Assembly: GCA_002633005.1 (NCBI GenBank)
Contig: NMRA01000193.1
Span: forward strand, 369,527 to 433,526
Length of the DNA stretch: 64,000 nt
Source of the DNA: Phoronis australis
Taxonomy: Eukaryota > Animalia > Phoronida
Reading direction: 5' to 3'
This document shows, piece by piece, positions 1 through 15,145 of the stretch. The notes under the pieces are model-generated. The model did not search any database and had not been told where the DNA came from. It was given only the letters and a program-made list of their open reading frames with translations. Position numbers and translations under genes: made by a program. Position 1 is the first letter of the stretch. Each line of letters starts with the position of its first letter.

Positions 1-288
1 GTACAATTCCTTAATCTGACTTTATGAAGAACGGTTAAGGTTATATGGAACCCTATAAATTTGGCTAATGGAACATCATAAATATGAAATGGCCATCGGA
101 TTCCTATGAAATTTTCAAATACTATATTAATGCCTCATTTTCCAAAATGCTGCAAAGAACTGTTTTTAAAATGTTCTACTTTTGAATGAGACACTAGAGA
201 AATAAGAACTTTATGATTTTCACGAAAAAAAATCGAAAGCAGCCTAAAACAAAAACAAAAACAAAGTAATGATTCTGAAAATGATAAC

Positions 289-686
289 AGGGTTTTCACT
301 TAACTGTGCCAGCATAGGAGCATCTATATAAAGTATGACAGTAGTAAGCACATATAGAGGTGCCGTCTGATGTGTGGCTCATCTAAATTGCCATAAGATG
401 GCGCTATGAAAATGCTGCAGGTGTAACTCCTTATAAATTTGAAGTGTATGTATTGTGTGTGTGTGTGTTTGTGTGTGTTATGTGTGTGTGTGTGCGTGTG
501 CGTGTGCGTGTGCGTGTAATAAATGGAATGAAGTGTTTATAGTGGTCGAATGGTGAATGTTTCAAAAAAGTACAAAAAAGTACAATACCACAACAGGTGC
601 CATTCATTTACAGGGAAACCTGCCCCTGTGTCATTCTCATCACGTAGAAGTAGCCCGTTGACTTGACGTTGGCATGAAGGGCCATT
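289..686 (+). mobile_element. Old, degenerate copy of MITE family A (Harbinger-like), containing a (TG)n tract
   Basis: The end TGACGTTGGCATGAAGGGCCAT resembles the family end TGACGTTAGTATGAAAGGCCCT. The internal AAGATGGCGCTATGAAAATG is also present in the copy at ~61294. Boundaries are approximate. Confidence 0.5.
455..517. repeat. (TG)n/(TGCGTG)n microsatellite
   Basis: Directly visible. Confidence 0.95.
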
Positions 687-817
687 TACGGAGCATTGCA
701 AAGAGTAACTGAAAACAACTAGTAGACAACTGGTTGAATTCTTATTTCAACATCATTTCTATGAAAATGACAAAAGCATAAAAGGACAATGTGGACCCTA
801 GAATTTGATAGTAAGAA

Positions 818-1039
818 TACACACGCAACACAACACACGCAACACAACACACGCAACACAACACACGCAACACAACACACGCAAAACACACACACACANN
901 NNNNNNNNNNNNNNNNNNNNNNNNNNNNNNNNNNNNNNNNNNNNNNNNNNNNNNNNNNNNNNNNNNNNNNNNNNNNNNNNNNNNNNNNNNNNNNNNNACA
1001 CCCAGACACACACACACACACACACACACAGACACACAG

Positions 1040-1072
<33 letters not shown>

Positions 1073-1100
1073 GACAGACACACACACACACACACACACA
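818..1100. repeat. 14-bp (ACACGCAACACAAC)n repeat plus (CA)n/(CAGA) microsatellite, spanning an assembly gap
   Basis: Directly visible, with the N gap at 899-997. It explains all the C/V- and H/T-rich ORFs at 719-1167. Confidence 0.95.
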
Positions 1101-2902
1101 CTGTTCATCACAACAGAAAACCAGACAAGCACTAATCATAACTAACTGCCATGGGAACACAGATTAAACATACCAGAAAAAAATGCGCTAAAACACAAAT
1201 TTTCAGCGACACACTATCTCCATATTTTGAAGCCACTCAGAAAACATGGTGATACAACCACTCTACCAAAGGTTACACCAGGCTTGAATAAACTTTCCTT
1301 TTCACCTGTGCTTTTAGTTTACAGTCCATACCTTTGGGGCTGCAACTGTCTTTGATCCTCAAAGCACTGTTGACACAGCTTAACAGAGGACGTGCCCAAC
1401 TCAATGAAATGGACAAATTTAGACGTTTGGTGAATAAACAGAGTTCAGTGTCAACACAGTAGATCCCACGGCAGCTCAGATAGTAGCTGGAGCCTGAACA
1501 ATGGGAAATCAATACGATTGGAGAAGTATTATTGCACTGCCTTCGGCATGACTACATAGGATTGCCGTGTGGAGAGACCCGGTAAATGATCGACTAACGG
1601 AGAGTCGATGCCAGCAGCACAGTTAATAACACTGAGTAGTGCCAGCAGCGATTGTAACGGTAGTTAAGAGTGGAGAAAAGGCTCGACTACCTAAAGGCTA
1701 CTAGGATTACTTATACTGGAAAAAACAAAACTACAGTATATAGCAGATCTGGTGCATCAGAGCACGGTGGAGAGTGACACCTGTGGGTTACAAGACTAGT
1801 GAGGAAAATCAGCAAGGTACACGAGAAATGCTAAAAAAGAACATTTAGATACCAGATGGATTGAACCAAACCAAAGAAATCACAAACCAAACGCAACATA
1901 AGATGAGTAGCAGGCAAATGAATGGAGGTGGATCATGTAAAAGGAGTCTCATGAGCATATTGGAACTAATTAAATACAAAAGCTTGCTCCAATATCTGCC
2001 ATATGGCTAGTACAGCTACTGACAGAAACAGAGCCCTCTCCCCAGGAGACCCTATCATTCAGGCTAAACATCAGGCTTTAGCAAAATGCAAACACACTAA
2101 TACAAGAATCTTTGAAATGATGAGAAAAATATCCTTTCAATCTCACTATAAGACGCTATCTTTCCATAATCTGGTTACAAATACCGTTTGACAAAGCCTG
2201 CGGACAAGAACCGATATCCGTCAGCTCATGGATAGCTTTTGTAGGCTTAGGTCGCATTAGCATGGAAATAGCATCAAGGTAAATACATGCAAATGAGAGA
2301 CAGCTACATTATTAATTCAAAAGCTCTTGAACGAGTTCTAAACAAACTGGTAAAAATCAGTAACAGACAAATGTCAGTGCAGTTCAATCACTATATACCA
2401 GACGGCCACAAAAGTTTCGCCAAAGATGATCTTTTTCACTCATAACAGTATTCCTTAGTTTCACAAGTGGTGAAACATGAAAGAAATACCAAGAACACCT
2501 TGCTGTTCATTAAACACCCCGAGACACCAATTAGTCACAACAGTATTCAAATTATCCATAAACTGTGCAAGAAAGCCAATGACTTGGACAAAACATATGA
2601 AGGTGGAAAATAAAATCTAACGGTTTCAATGACACAAGATGCAGCTCAAAAGAAGATTTAGAATAAGACACCATCACCAGACAATAAATATAATAAAAGT
2701 GCTTGTGAAATGTTGTCATCAATCAGGAGGCGGACAAGTGCTTATGACAGTCAATAAGTTATTGGTGAAACACCGACTGAAGCTAGCGTGCTCTTCAAGG
2801 CAGTAGACGTCAGTATTTTTATGGGCCACTTGAGGCTGGCAAGTACTAATGCATGTAATTAACAAAATCAAGGCTTTATTGGTGAAAATTGGAATTTATT
2901 AC

Positions 2903-3997
2903 AACAGTAATTTACCATCTTTTCATCTCTATGACGACGGATAGCTAGTCACTCTGGAGCTGGATAACAAAACGAGTTAACAAGCTCTCAGCTTGTGACC
3001 AGCCAAGCGCGTGGACAAAGAGCGCAGTTGAGCGTGAGATTAGCATTGATTAGCAGCGGAAGCCAGTGGAGATAGGATGCACTGCGCTAATCCATATTCA
3101 TTTCCGAAGTCAGCACTTCCTGTTTGCAGTTTATTTTAGCCTTTCCTGGCATTGCATGCTATCTAAGCACGCGCGCTGAGCTCACACACTCACTCCTGTG
3201 TGGTGACTCAGTCGCAGGAGGAAATGCTAGAAGCGGCTTCCGCCGCTGTAGTGTAACCAAGGCAATGAAAGCAGCAGGTCTGATGGCAGGAAACTGTCTT
3301 TATAAATGTAGAATATTGATATAGATTGTGCAGTGGTTAATTGAGTGAATAACCAGCTGAAAAGGTTAGCCAATGTTTGACCTGGCCAAGTTACACAAAC
3401 AGGTCCTACAAAGGGCTGACACAAGCACAAACACATGTCTAGGGTAACCNAACAGTAATTTACCATCTTTTCATCTCTATGACGACGGATAGCTAGTCAC
3501 TCCTGAGCTGGATAACAAAACGAGTTAACAAGCTCTCAGCTTGTGACCAGCCAAGCGCGTGGACAAAGAGCGCAGTTGAGCGTGAGATTAGCATTGATTA
3601 GCAGCGGAAGTCAGTGGAGATAGGATGCACTGCGCTAATCCATATTCATTTCCGAAGTCAGCACTTCCTGTTTGCAGTTTATTTTAGCCTTTCCTGGCAT
3701 TGCATGCTATCTAAGCACGCGCGCTGAGCTCACACACTCACTCCTGTGAGGTGACTCAATCGCAGGAGGAAATGCTAGAAGCGTCTTCCGCCGCTGCAGT
3801 GTAACCAAGGCAATGAAAGCAGCAGGTCTGATGGCAGGAAACTGTCTTTATAAATGTAGAATATTGATATAGATTGTGCAGTGGTTAATTGAGTGAATAA
3901 CCAGCTGAAAAGGTTAGCCAATGTTTGACCTGGCCAAGTTACACAAACAGGTCCTACAAAGGGCTGACACAAGCACAAACACATGTCTAGGGTAACC
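2903..3997. repeat. 547-bp direct duplication (2903-3449 / 3451-3997) joined by a single N; probable uncollapsed alleles
   Basis: Both copies start AACAGTAATTTACC and end AGGGTAACC. They differ by only a few substitutions, and the N at 3450 sits exactly at the junction. Confidence 0.9.
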
Positions 3998-4054
3998 TTT
4001 GTTCAACATTGACAGACTGGAGGGAACTATTAGGGTCCATCCCCAGGCAGAGTG

Positions 4055-4116
4055 CACACACACACGCACGCACACAAACACACGCACGCACATATGCATG
4101 TGTTCAAACACACAGA
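4055..4116. repeat. Degenerate (CA)n/(CACG)n microsatellite
   Basis: Directly visible. Confidence 0.8.
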
Positions 4117-7100
4117 CATGTACAAGACCTGGTTATCATTTATAGAATTCTCTAAACAAACCTCCGGAGTACTCCCTGGTTGATTGCATGATAGATGCTG
4201 GAGGTCCCCTGAGGCAAGGCATCAACACTGGCTCAAAATGTAATTTGCTAAGCAAAATGAAATTCCCAAGCCCGCTGGGAGACATCTAACCAAATTTGCA
4301 GCAATCAGCCGCAGTATTAAATATGAATTAGCAATCAAACTATCCTATAAAGTCATTCCCCACGGTCTAGTGGGAAGTAAATGAAATTCAGTTTGGAGGA
4401 AAGTGGCTCCTGGGAGACTTAAAAGATGGTGGAAAGGAGGGTATTCAAGGACCAAGTCTACCCTCGCTGAGGTCCACACACCCCAAGCCATAAGCAATGC
4501 ACCAGCTGTGAACAATGGAACGGAAATGGGTGAATTCTATACCATAATTAATGAATTGAATACCATAATTCAAAATTCCAACCTCACTTCAGTAACTGCC
4601 ATTATGCCAGGTTATGCAAGCAAGGCCTCGAACATACACGACTTTCACTCGCATTATTTAGCGTGATTTCCCTTTTCTCACAAAAAACATGGCCTACAGA
4701 ATGATACCCGAGCGTCGGCTGTTTTAGAGCTGTTATTACTATTCTTTTCACAATTAACGTGTTTACACTGCTAGCAATGAGGTCCGCAAGACAGGGTAAA
4801 ACAATTTTTACATAAAAAACGTCTCCAAATAGAGTAGGAAACAATAGGTACACATTGGTGAACCTGTTACAGCAGCATTTGTGAACAACCAACTGAACAA
4901 GTATTAAGGTATTAAGGTAATAAAGAACTGTCATGAAACCAGACAATAAAAATGACAACAGAGAGCCCACATCTCTTACCAACTCTTGTCTCACAAACTG
5001 TGGGAAGTGAAATTATGGCTAATAAGTATATTGAATATGGTAGCCATAGTACCGTCACCATAATACTGAACCTACAAGCACCCAATGAAGACAGTGCCTG
5101 CCACTACAGACCATGTTGTTGTTTCACCAAGCTCTAAGCACACCACAGAACCCATGTAGGTTGACTGTCCACATTTTATGAACCCTTACACAAGGTCTCA
5201 ACATTTTAAAACCTTTTTCAACCCATCGTTAAGCCCTGTTTTCCGATATTCTTTGTCACTAAAACAAAAGGTTGAAATGCAATCCGGAAAGTCGTGTTGA
5301 TGACCATAGAGTCCACTATTACTGACAGGTTCAGGGCAGCTCAATATGGCTGGTCACAGGTAAGCTACTGTACTGGCATAGAGATACTTTGAAGTTTCAC
5401 AACGGTGTGGGTGTACTGTTTGCTTCCTTCTGTCAATAACCATCAAGTAACTGTATGTAACTCTAGTGAACAATGAAAGCTTCGCAACACTGAATGAAAC
5501 TGTGCTCACCTGCTAAAGTTTTAACCTGGGTAGGCTGTCATTAGAAAGTTCCACAAAGTGACTGCCATGGACACGCAATCCACAAGGTAAAAACATTCAA
5601 GCTATCTGGCATGTCAATATACAATTCAAAACTGCCAAACCCTGGTGTACAAGTAGGCGGAGCCTGAATCTCTGAGAGCTCAGTGCCTCATCAGGAGTAC
5701 TTGGCAATCATCCAATCGGGAGCCTCCTGCCATCCTTTCACTGGAGAAATTGACACCACTACCAATTACTCCACTGAGAATCCCACTGGTTACACCACTT
5801 GGCAACTCAATTAGTTATTAATTATGGAAGCCGATATCTCACTATACCAAGTGACTGGTTTAATAAAGTCTTGTTTTATTTGACTGAAAGGATACCAGGA
5901 GAGTAAATTCAGAGGGAAGAGATAACAGAGAATTAACCTCATACACAAAACCTGCAGCAGATGACCAGGGGCCAGGGTCTAATCTTTCTACACCACTTAA
6001 AACTGACTGCATGGCATGCTTCGAGTAAACTTGCATATTTGTGCTCTAGTCATGTAGTGTCATTACTTTAATTTCGAGCTTAAGTTAAGTCTGGAGTTCG
6101 AAGATTTGATCCTGTGTCAGAATTGGCTCAGGTGAGCGACAGCACTTGTGTGACAAATCTATTGGTCCTTTCATAACAACAACTTTGGTACAACAGGAGT
6201 GCCTCTGTAAACTGTCAAGCTGGCTTTTGGTAGTTATTGCACGAGTCAACAAGTTCTGGAAAGATGACACTTAGAAAAAATTGACATGGAATGATGTGTA
6301 TATGCATGAATAGCTGAAATGAAGTGCCAATACGGGTAGAATCATAATTCTGCCTGGACATACATTCAAACAAGGCGCACATTACAGGTCATGTTGTCAC
6401 GTAGTAATCTTTCTTTACAATTATAGCACATTATTTTCACTTGCTGGCCATGTCACTACCATATTTACAGCTAAATAATAAAAATAACTATCACTATGGA
6501 ACACAATTTCAATCATGTGCCTTAAAAGCAAAAAAATCAGGCTATTCAAACATGGATGCACATCATGTTTGATTATATGTGGGGAGAACGCTGAGAATGT
6601 TGAATACTTGAATAAAATTATATCAAATTATACCAAAACTCGTCTGTTACTGACAGCAACACCTGGAAAATACTCCGATAACTGACACTCGGCTGTTAAA
6701 TCTACTTGTTTTACCTGTTTAATGTCAACTTATCAGCTGCTCTTGCCGTCCATCCAAGACCCAAGTTAACGCTCATAGCGACAGAAACTCCCCTAAGCAA
6801 CGACATTGGCACAAACGGCCCTGATAAGGAAAATTAGCACAAAATGAAACTAATTGCACATAATTGTGATAATTTGACAGAATTGAGTTGACTGTAATTT
6901 ACCTGCAGTTTACTCATGTCTTTGCATGAAGCCAGCTTGCCAGCTTACCCCAAGTTAACAGTGAGCCAACGGCTATGGAATAAATTCAGCAAACACTTTA
7001 AAAATCCAGTGCCAGCAGCTGCAGGACAATCTGTCGAGTACAGCCAACTACACTAGTTAGTGTAGTGCTAACCATTAAGGTAGACGTCAAGGGCCTTAAT

Positions 7101-8122
7101 TGTTCACACAAGTATAACACCAGTGTCGTCACATCGACAAGCTATTAGGCACTCGAGTTGGACGTGTTCAGTTGATTAATCAGTATCCATCATGAACCAC
7201 ATCACAACAACCACTCCACTTTACAACACTGCAAATAAAGTCACTCTAACAGGAACAAAAAGCAGTTTTATCTATCACGCACACACTCTTTGCTACGAAC
7301 GACTAAAACGACATATTTCTAGCAAAGAAACGACATCATTTCTACTGCGCCTATTCTTGGAATGTACAGTTGTGTTGCTCACTCAAGAATGAACCACTAG
7401 TAAAAGTTACAATTCAACCTCGATATGTCGGGCTTAAGGAACTACAGCATGAGTAGTGCATTAAGAGATGTGACAACAGGATATCACAGGTCGGGAAGAA
7501 CACAACACTTGTAGCATCAACAGCATAGCTCCACCTCAACTGGACAGTTTGGTAGAAACCAGTTGCACAAATACGTGATGCAACATCAGTTGAACCATGT
7601 AATTATGACATCTGTAATTCATACACCTTCTTCACTTGCATACAGGCATTTTCAATAGAAGTGCTTTTGTCGTGAATTCATTTCTTCTCTCACAAGCTGT
7701 CTCTTATCTGCAATTTTTACCACCAAATTGCTTTATCATAACACGGAGTTTTCAGGACAACTCAGTTGTAGCACTGGCTGTGTGGATTCAATATAGTACT
7801 GTTGACATGTATCCTGTCACAAAGCACATTCAACAGAAAATACCAAGGCCATCCCCTAAAAGGGGTCATACCAGGCAAGGATTTTCACACTGTGTACAAC
7901 CATCATCAGGCAAGAGCATTACAAGCTCACCAAGACACTAGGTGGCAGTCTCCCACTGCCTGCCATGATTGGCCAGAACAGATCAGACAGTCAGTCAATC
8001 AACACCATAAGCTAATAGTGTTATTACTAGTGGTCATATGCCAGTCAGGGTCAGTGACATGTACCAATCTGGTTTCAATTAAATCATTAGTCAAAGGAGA
8101 CCTGCTCTCTAAATAAACCAAC

Positions 8123-8209
8123 TGTCATGGCTGCTGAGAAGAGAGCTTCCCATGGAGAAGTGGCTGCTGGGATGCTGGGTTTAGGAACAATGATGGATTC
8201 TGGTAATTG
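8123..8209 (-). CDS. Candidate 87-nt phase-0 exon (QLPESIIVPKPSIPAATSPWEALFSAAMT) of the minus-strand host gene
   Basis: Acceptor tctctgtttatttatctag. Open in frame 0, and the length is divisible by 3 if the weaker donor ACA|gttggt is used. It could instead be a terminal exon reading on to ...VSFD*. Confidence 0.45.
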
Positions 8210-10154
8210 CTAGATAAATAAACAGAGATTGAATGCAGAAACACATCGTGTAAATAGTTGTAAGCTGAGTAATGAAAACATAACAGTGACTGTGGACAGC
8301 ATCACAACATAATGACACCTTCAGCACCTGTGTATGTCTTCCAGACACAAAAACAGATGTTTGCTTGAAGGACTAATTGAAACCTCTGTTGGAACATACA
8401 ACTCAGAAAATATGTGGACAATCAGAAGCCTAGGATTAACAAAAAAGAAAGACAAACGCTACATTCACATGACAGTTTCGGTTATGTAAAACAGGCATCA
8501 TTCATACAAATCAACCATTTCACAACAACAGCATTTTGGAGCATGACCTATGTAGCCTGTATTCAGCAGCAAACATTAGGGTTAATGCCCCTGGGGTTTA
8601 ACTCAGTAAACCCGGATACAGGGGAATGAGTGGTTACAGTATCAGACATGGCCGCTTAAACGATAAACTTCAAGAAATAAGAGGTGTCACTGCTTACCCA
8701 AATGCTGACGATTAACCCAAGCCAGAGATTTGCCCTGGTCACGAAAGGCCTCCAAAATTGAAGGTTGTCGCAGCGCAAGTTCAATCAGCATTCCTTAACC
8801 AACATGCATATTTGAGTAGCTTGGTAATGAAGATGATGAGTGTTATCAACCAAAATTATAGCACTGACCTGCTACATGAATGTCATCAAAGTAGTTGAAG
8901 ATGCAAAATTAAAAAGTGATAACTCCCTAAAACTGAGGAAACCAAACTACGCCAAGACAACAGCTGTGTGCAGCAAAAACTTTGACAATGGACAACACCA
9001 CCAAGTTGTGCCCAATTCCAAATCTGCAATGCCAGATGGCGACAACAGCCATCTGAGGAAAACATAGACTGACCAACAGCAGAACTCAACACTACCAGTC
9101 TGTGATGAAGTTGAACCTCATGCTGTTCCAGCTTAACATTATAATAGGTGTGACTAACGCATTACTGTAATGTGATGCACACCATGTAAAGGATAAGAAA
9201 TTAGGAACAGATGAAAATAGGTGAAAAATTAGAAAATTTCAGGAATGACGCATTTTAAAAGCACCAGAAAGCATGAAATATATACACATGTGCCTCCAAT
9301 ATTTTGAAAAAATAGGTCAGTGTGACTCTGCCATGCTTGCCTTCAGAATGGTATAAATACAGTTGTAAAAAAGACTGCTAGATAAATTTGTTGTAATGCC
9401 AAATGAGTCTGTCTGGCTGACTATTATCTGTGTATGTATCAATTTCAACAACACATTGCCCAACATTGGTAACAGAACCCAATGTTTCCAGGTCCGACTG
9501 TAACTAAACTGGGGCTCAAAACTGATCTGGTTTTCGCATTTGAAATCACAACTTCACTATTTTGAAAATAATCGGTGGAGCAAAATATGGGTGGGCACTA
9601 ACCGGAGCAATGGATTCTTAATTGAAAATTCTCAACACAAAGGGGTGGGCACTCAAATTTAAACACCCTAGTTACGATGCCCTGTTCAGCATTTAGAATA
9701 AAAAGGTTGGTTTAGAAATGATGCAAGACATAAAAAATTGAACTGAAAAATCATGTCCCCAGAGCAACACATCACACTGTAACAGCAATTTAACTTGGGC
9801 TCTTAAAAACGCTCTCATCTTATTGGTCATTGAAATTGGGAAATCCATTTTAGATAGATGCCCTATTTTTGAAATCCTGGATGAATCCCTGGTAGGCACT
9901 TAGCAGAGCAGGGGGCACTTCGTCAAGAATTTTCAAGGTTAAGAGATGGGTTTTGGTTACAGTACTTAACAATCCCTAGGAACAGCTCAGACATACAAAT
10001 ACAGCACACTACAAATGAAACATACCCAACTGCAGATAATGCAGAAACACACACAACTGATGGGAGAGAAACTATTTACAACAAAGAGCAGTAAAAAACA
10101 AGTTTACGTCGCAAAATTTGCTTATCAAAAAGTCAAGCAAAATACGGTACTCAC

Positions 10155-10184
10155 CCGATCACCTTCACTTTCTGAACTGTCACA
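10155..10184 (-). CDS. 30-nt phase-0 micro-exon (CDSSESEGDR) of the minus-strand host gene
   Basis: Minus strand reads cctttcatttcctttcag|TGTGACAGTTCAGAAAGTGAAGGTGATCGG|gtgagt: a strong polypyrimidine acceptor and a consensus donor. Confidence 0.65.
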
Positions 10185-12774
10185 CTGAAAGGAAATGAAA
10201 GGTATATGTAAACATGACAGAAGCATTGTGGGAAATGATCCAAGTTCACACTTTAAGTTCACCCTGGAGACAAGGGGAAAACAGAACACACTGGATGTGA
10301 CTGCAACAGTTGGCACCCAGGGTGAAATTACATAAACATCATCACAACTTATGAGCAATTTCTCCAACAAAAACATGCAAGACAGTGGATTGTGAGGCAT
10401 AATATTGACTATGGTAACAAGGTCCAAAGGGGGTGGAGTTGTGTTGACATTAGGACCAACAGAGATCAGTCAGGAGGGAGTAAAACTGACACCTCAGTGA
10501 TGATAGTCTACAAGTAACGGGTAAAGTCACCACCTGTTTACACTAACATGGGATGTAGACTATCCAGTAAGGATAGTCAAAGTTTACATGGAAAAGCCAC
10601 TAGATAAACAAGTGTGGTTTACATTGGCATTAAAAGCAAATTCAGCTTTTACACAGCATGAATTTGAGATGCAATCGATAAACGTTTCATTGTCAGTGAC
10701 TGAGTTAACCACCCGATACACTACAGGCAGCACTCTAGAGACCAGCAAGGGGAAAATCGTTAGTAAAAACACTAGGTGAAGTATAGCACATTACCAACGC
10801 GATTGTATTAATAGCACTAGATTGAGTTGATGATGACTAAATCAATGGTCGACCATTGATTGCCTTCATCTGTTTACATATGTGCATTATGTAAAACAGA
10901 CCTGTCTAATTGTTTAGCAATTATGTATTGCAATTGTGGAGAGTAGGCCTACTCAGGCAATGTGTGACTGACTTACTGACAACACACTCAGACAGGCCCT
11001 GGAGCCCACCAACAAAAGACCATTCAAGGCAAGTGTCAATGAACCAGTCAATATTAGTGATCACCAGTATTGTTAGTGCAACCATTGATAACAAAGCTTA
11101 CTTTCAAAACATCACTTATCCCAACCATCATCATGAAGACTGAAGTATGAAAGACATCCAGTGTTGACCACTTTACTTATGAGAAGAAACCCAGTCAACA
11201 ACCAGCCCAACCCCCAATAGATAGAAAACAATACAAGCGACATGTCACCAATTTTGGACAAAAATAATTGCTCAAACTGATCTGTTTTATTTTTCAACAT
11301 TGCTGTGAATGCCTATAATTTGTTGTGGTGGTTATGGAATAGTTCTATTCTATAGCTACCACAAACCATTGTCTTTTACTTGCCTCCCACATAAACTTTT
11401 ATGAGATTTTACACTACATTAAAATAAATACATTTTAATTAAGCAATTTCACTCTTCAAGCATTTTCTTTTTATTCCCTTTCAGCCAAAACAAATGCACA
11501 ATGAGACACGTTGCAAAAACAGACTCCACCCTCCTCATTTGGACTGACAGCAAACATTCCGGCGCTTAACCTGAGCCAGAAAGTCGAAATTGAAGTCTAC
11601 AGAGTCGAAGTTCAAAGGTTTTGTCACAGAGCTAGTTGCCCACGCAAAAGTTAAATCAACACTCTAAATGACATGTATTCAACTGGCTAAGGTGGTAATA
11701 ATATATGGTGAAAAAATATCTACAACTTATAAAGGACTGGCTTGTGGTCAAGGTCGTTGAAGACGCAAAGATAGACGAATGTCAGTGCATACTTTCTCTT
11801 TTGTTCACAACCCAACTTTTGCAACTCGAATGACCATACGTTATCATGTCAAAAAAAACTAACGAGAGGCGTACGCCATGGCCAAATGTTGTACTCGGGC
11901 ATAAACCATACTACGACTTGAAATTGATATGGTATCCGTATTTGAAAGCACGCCATACTGATTAGAAAATCAATTTGGCAGAGTACTTACTAAATTTTGG
12001 ATGGGGTGCACATTTTAAAAATTGAGGGGTGTGCTTAGCCAAGCACTGGGCACTTATTTGAGCACGGGTATTAACCCGAAGGTTTACAGTACATTTCTCC
12101 AAGTCTTCAAGTGTCGAAACAGCAATTGCAAGTAATTTTATTGATCACGCACTGATAATTAGTTTACAAAATACGGAAAGCATGTTTCCTTCAATTCTCT
12201 GATATTGACAAATCACAACCAGCACTTTGTTTTCACACAAAGACAATTTATTCCTTAATAAACAACAAATTTCTTCCCTTTTCCGCAATTTCCTCGACTT
12301 CAATTACAGCTGAATTCCTGTTTCCTGAATCGCAATTAGTGTTCACATGACGATGCCAATAGACAATAGATTACAGAAATGGTTTTATTGACTAATCTGG
12401 CCAATGTTACAGTATTTCATTTTGACATGATTAGTCCAAATCCCAAAGCATTATATTACTATGCCAATCACTAAACAGGTATTAGATTAAAACTTATATA
12501 CTCAGTCTTCTTGGTACATAAATAAGACCAAAACAGCTACTGATATCATGGACATTCATGGACTGTCCTTCAATATGGTGCAAAGGTCATTTACTTCATT
12601 AGCCACCCAAGTTTACAACAATAAAACAATGGCAGCAACATCCTGGACTGAAACTGAGGATTTTTCAAAGTGATTGGCTACTGAAATTCACCTCCTGATG
12701 AAAAGGAAAATGATAATGAAAAATGATAATTACAGATGACGAACACTATGAGGACAAAATGATAAACAAACACA

Positions 12775-13062
12775 AGGACTTTTCATACCGACTTCACTCC
12801 GGTCTGAGTGGAGCGTCAACGTAAACTGCGAAGTAAACTGGCTTTGATAGTTAACAGACATTGAAGTAGGTGACGCTGTTGTCATCGGTGTAATCGCAAG
12901 GTAGCGCTGCACGCTATGTTTTTTTAATAAGACAATTTGGGAACATTTACATGAGCTAATTGACATAAAACTTATTTTTAATTCGATTGGTGATTATTCA
13001 AGCAAAATATAAGCAACTATTAGCAACTACACTGCCTTTTAATTGTTGACAATAACACTGGC
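12775..13062 (+). mobile_element. 3'-truncated copy of MITE family A
   Basis: AGGACTTTTCATACCGACTTCACTCCGGTCTGAGTGGAGCGTCAACGT...TCGCAAGGTAGCGCTGCACGCTA matches the left part of 40653-41175 and 58390-58899. Confidence 0.8.
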
Positions 13063-15059
13063 CATATAGAACTACAGAATAAATGACAGAATTCTACAGC
13101 TGATAGTAAAACAACAAAAAGCATTGAAAATCGGTCAATAAAACGAGTAGTAATCAGTAAATCTTGAGTCAATTGAAAATGGTTAATGATAGTGAGAAAA
13201 GTAAAATAATACATACGATAAGCATAGTACTTGAACTAAGAGATCTATTCACATTCCAAAGGCCAGAAAAATCAGTAATGGGGTCAGATGTAGCTTCACT
13301 AAGTGGAAAATTGAAACATGGTTGCCACAGCGTCATCTCACAGATCACACGCGGTGAATAGATCTCACGTTAATAAGTTAAGAACAAAGATACAAAATGA
13401 AAGCACACTGAGGAGCAAAACTTCAACGACCAAACCAAGAACAGCAACAAACATGACTCAGCCACCCATGGCACCAAAATCAAAACATCAAAATTGAATT
13501 GAGGAATTAGTCAATAAATCAGTCATCAAATCAGACAATCTTGAGTAACCTGTGAACAGTAAGCTATGTCAAGACACCACTGGCACAATAGACAGGTATT
13601 TAGATCTATCTACATAATAAATTGCAGAAGATTGCCTCGTGAAGTGAGAGCTCCACAAGCTATCATACCAAAAAGGCAATCACAGCGCCATCTCGATTTC
13701 ATAATGGTAAATAGTATAAATTAAAAAATTGTGACATAAAGCAGGTCTATAGTCGCTTTCACAATGGACCAGATTGATAATCGGATTTGAAAACCATTGT
13801 CGTGTGGTGGACCTTTGAGAGATATTGGTAATGTACTGTCAGTTTGCTTTAAATTAATTTTGTTTCTCAGAAGAAATATATTGTGTCCTAAAACACGGCA
13901 AGTTCTCGTTTCTGGATTTGTTTTATGTCATGAACGTATTTTTATACAACTATCAAACATGTAAAAATACTGCCTCAAACCTTCTCAAACTCTTTCTTGG
14001 TTAGAAGTTGCAGATTTTTCAACCTCTAATAGTGTAACTTTAATGAGGATTGTTATACTAGTGAAAAATAATTGTAATTTATTATCAATCAAAGCGCATA
14101 ACCATTAAATCATACATTCACCACCCCCTTCTAAGCACAAGCAATCAGCTTAGAAGAGATATATTTAATCCCTGCCATGAAATCTAATAAATGCCTAAAC
14201 AGCTAACATGCTTACTGATCAAAGCTATTATAAATATTTCAACACCCTCTGTTGGCCCTAAGTGGCCCTTTACACAGGATATTGCCCTAGCTGTCAATTA
14301 GGAATCAGCAGAATTATTTATGGGTCCACTCCAACTGAAGCCAATTAACACTAAATTGACAACTTAACCAAACAACTTGGCTTCAGAGGTCACTTTGACA
14401 TAAAGAAACAAAGTAATGTGATTAGTTAGAAAGCCAGCGTTATGATGAGAAAATCAAATAATTGACACGAAATTATGATCGATACACATAAATGATCCCT
14501 AATTAGAGAAAAATGCACGACTAATATATGCCACATTTACTTTAAGAAACATCCTAAGTCTATGACAACAAAGTGACATCAAAAACACCAAACATGGAGA
14601 GATGACCTTAATGACAAAATTTTGAAACAACACCAGTGCAATTAAATTAAGAATTTCAAGAAAGTAAACTTCTTCACTTCGAGCAAAGAACAATGTTTGA
14701 AAAATTACCAATCAGATATCTGGTTTTAAGAGTAAGTGATGAGGCACAAAATAAATTCCATCCAATAACTGGCCGGAAAGCAATAAAAGAAACAAAATAA
14801 CTTGTATTAGTGCAAAATGACTAAATGGACAGACGCAAGTAGTTAACTGAGTTAAGTACATAAATGATGAATAATTGGTATTGATTGGAGCTCAGAAAAC
14901 AATCCCATGTTGGATCATATTTAATTAAGCCTGATGCTGACTGTACTAGTTGGGCCTGGATACAATACAGCTTGATGGCAGAGAAACTAAAGGACAACCC
15001 AACATCCATGTAAACACCTTTTACTTTGTTCCTATTGACAGTTGGGACAACCTTAATAG

Positions 15060-15145
15060 CGGATTTTTCATCTTGGATTTTTCATCTTGGATTTTTCATC
15101 TTGGATTTTTCATCTTGGATTTTTCATCTTGGATTTTTATCTTGG
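15060..15145. repeat. 14-bp minisatellite (GGATTTTTCATCTT) x~6
   Basis: Directly visible. Confidence 0.95.

Noticed and set aside
719-1167. Five overlapping ORFs of 118-137 aa
   Set aside because: They are translations of CA/TG microsatellites read through an N gap.
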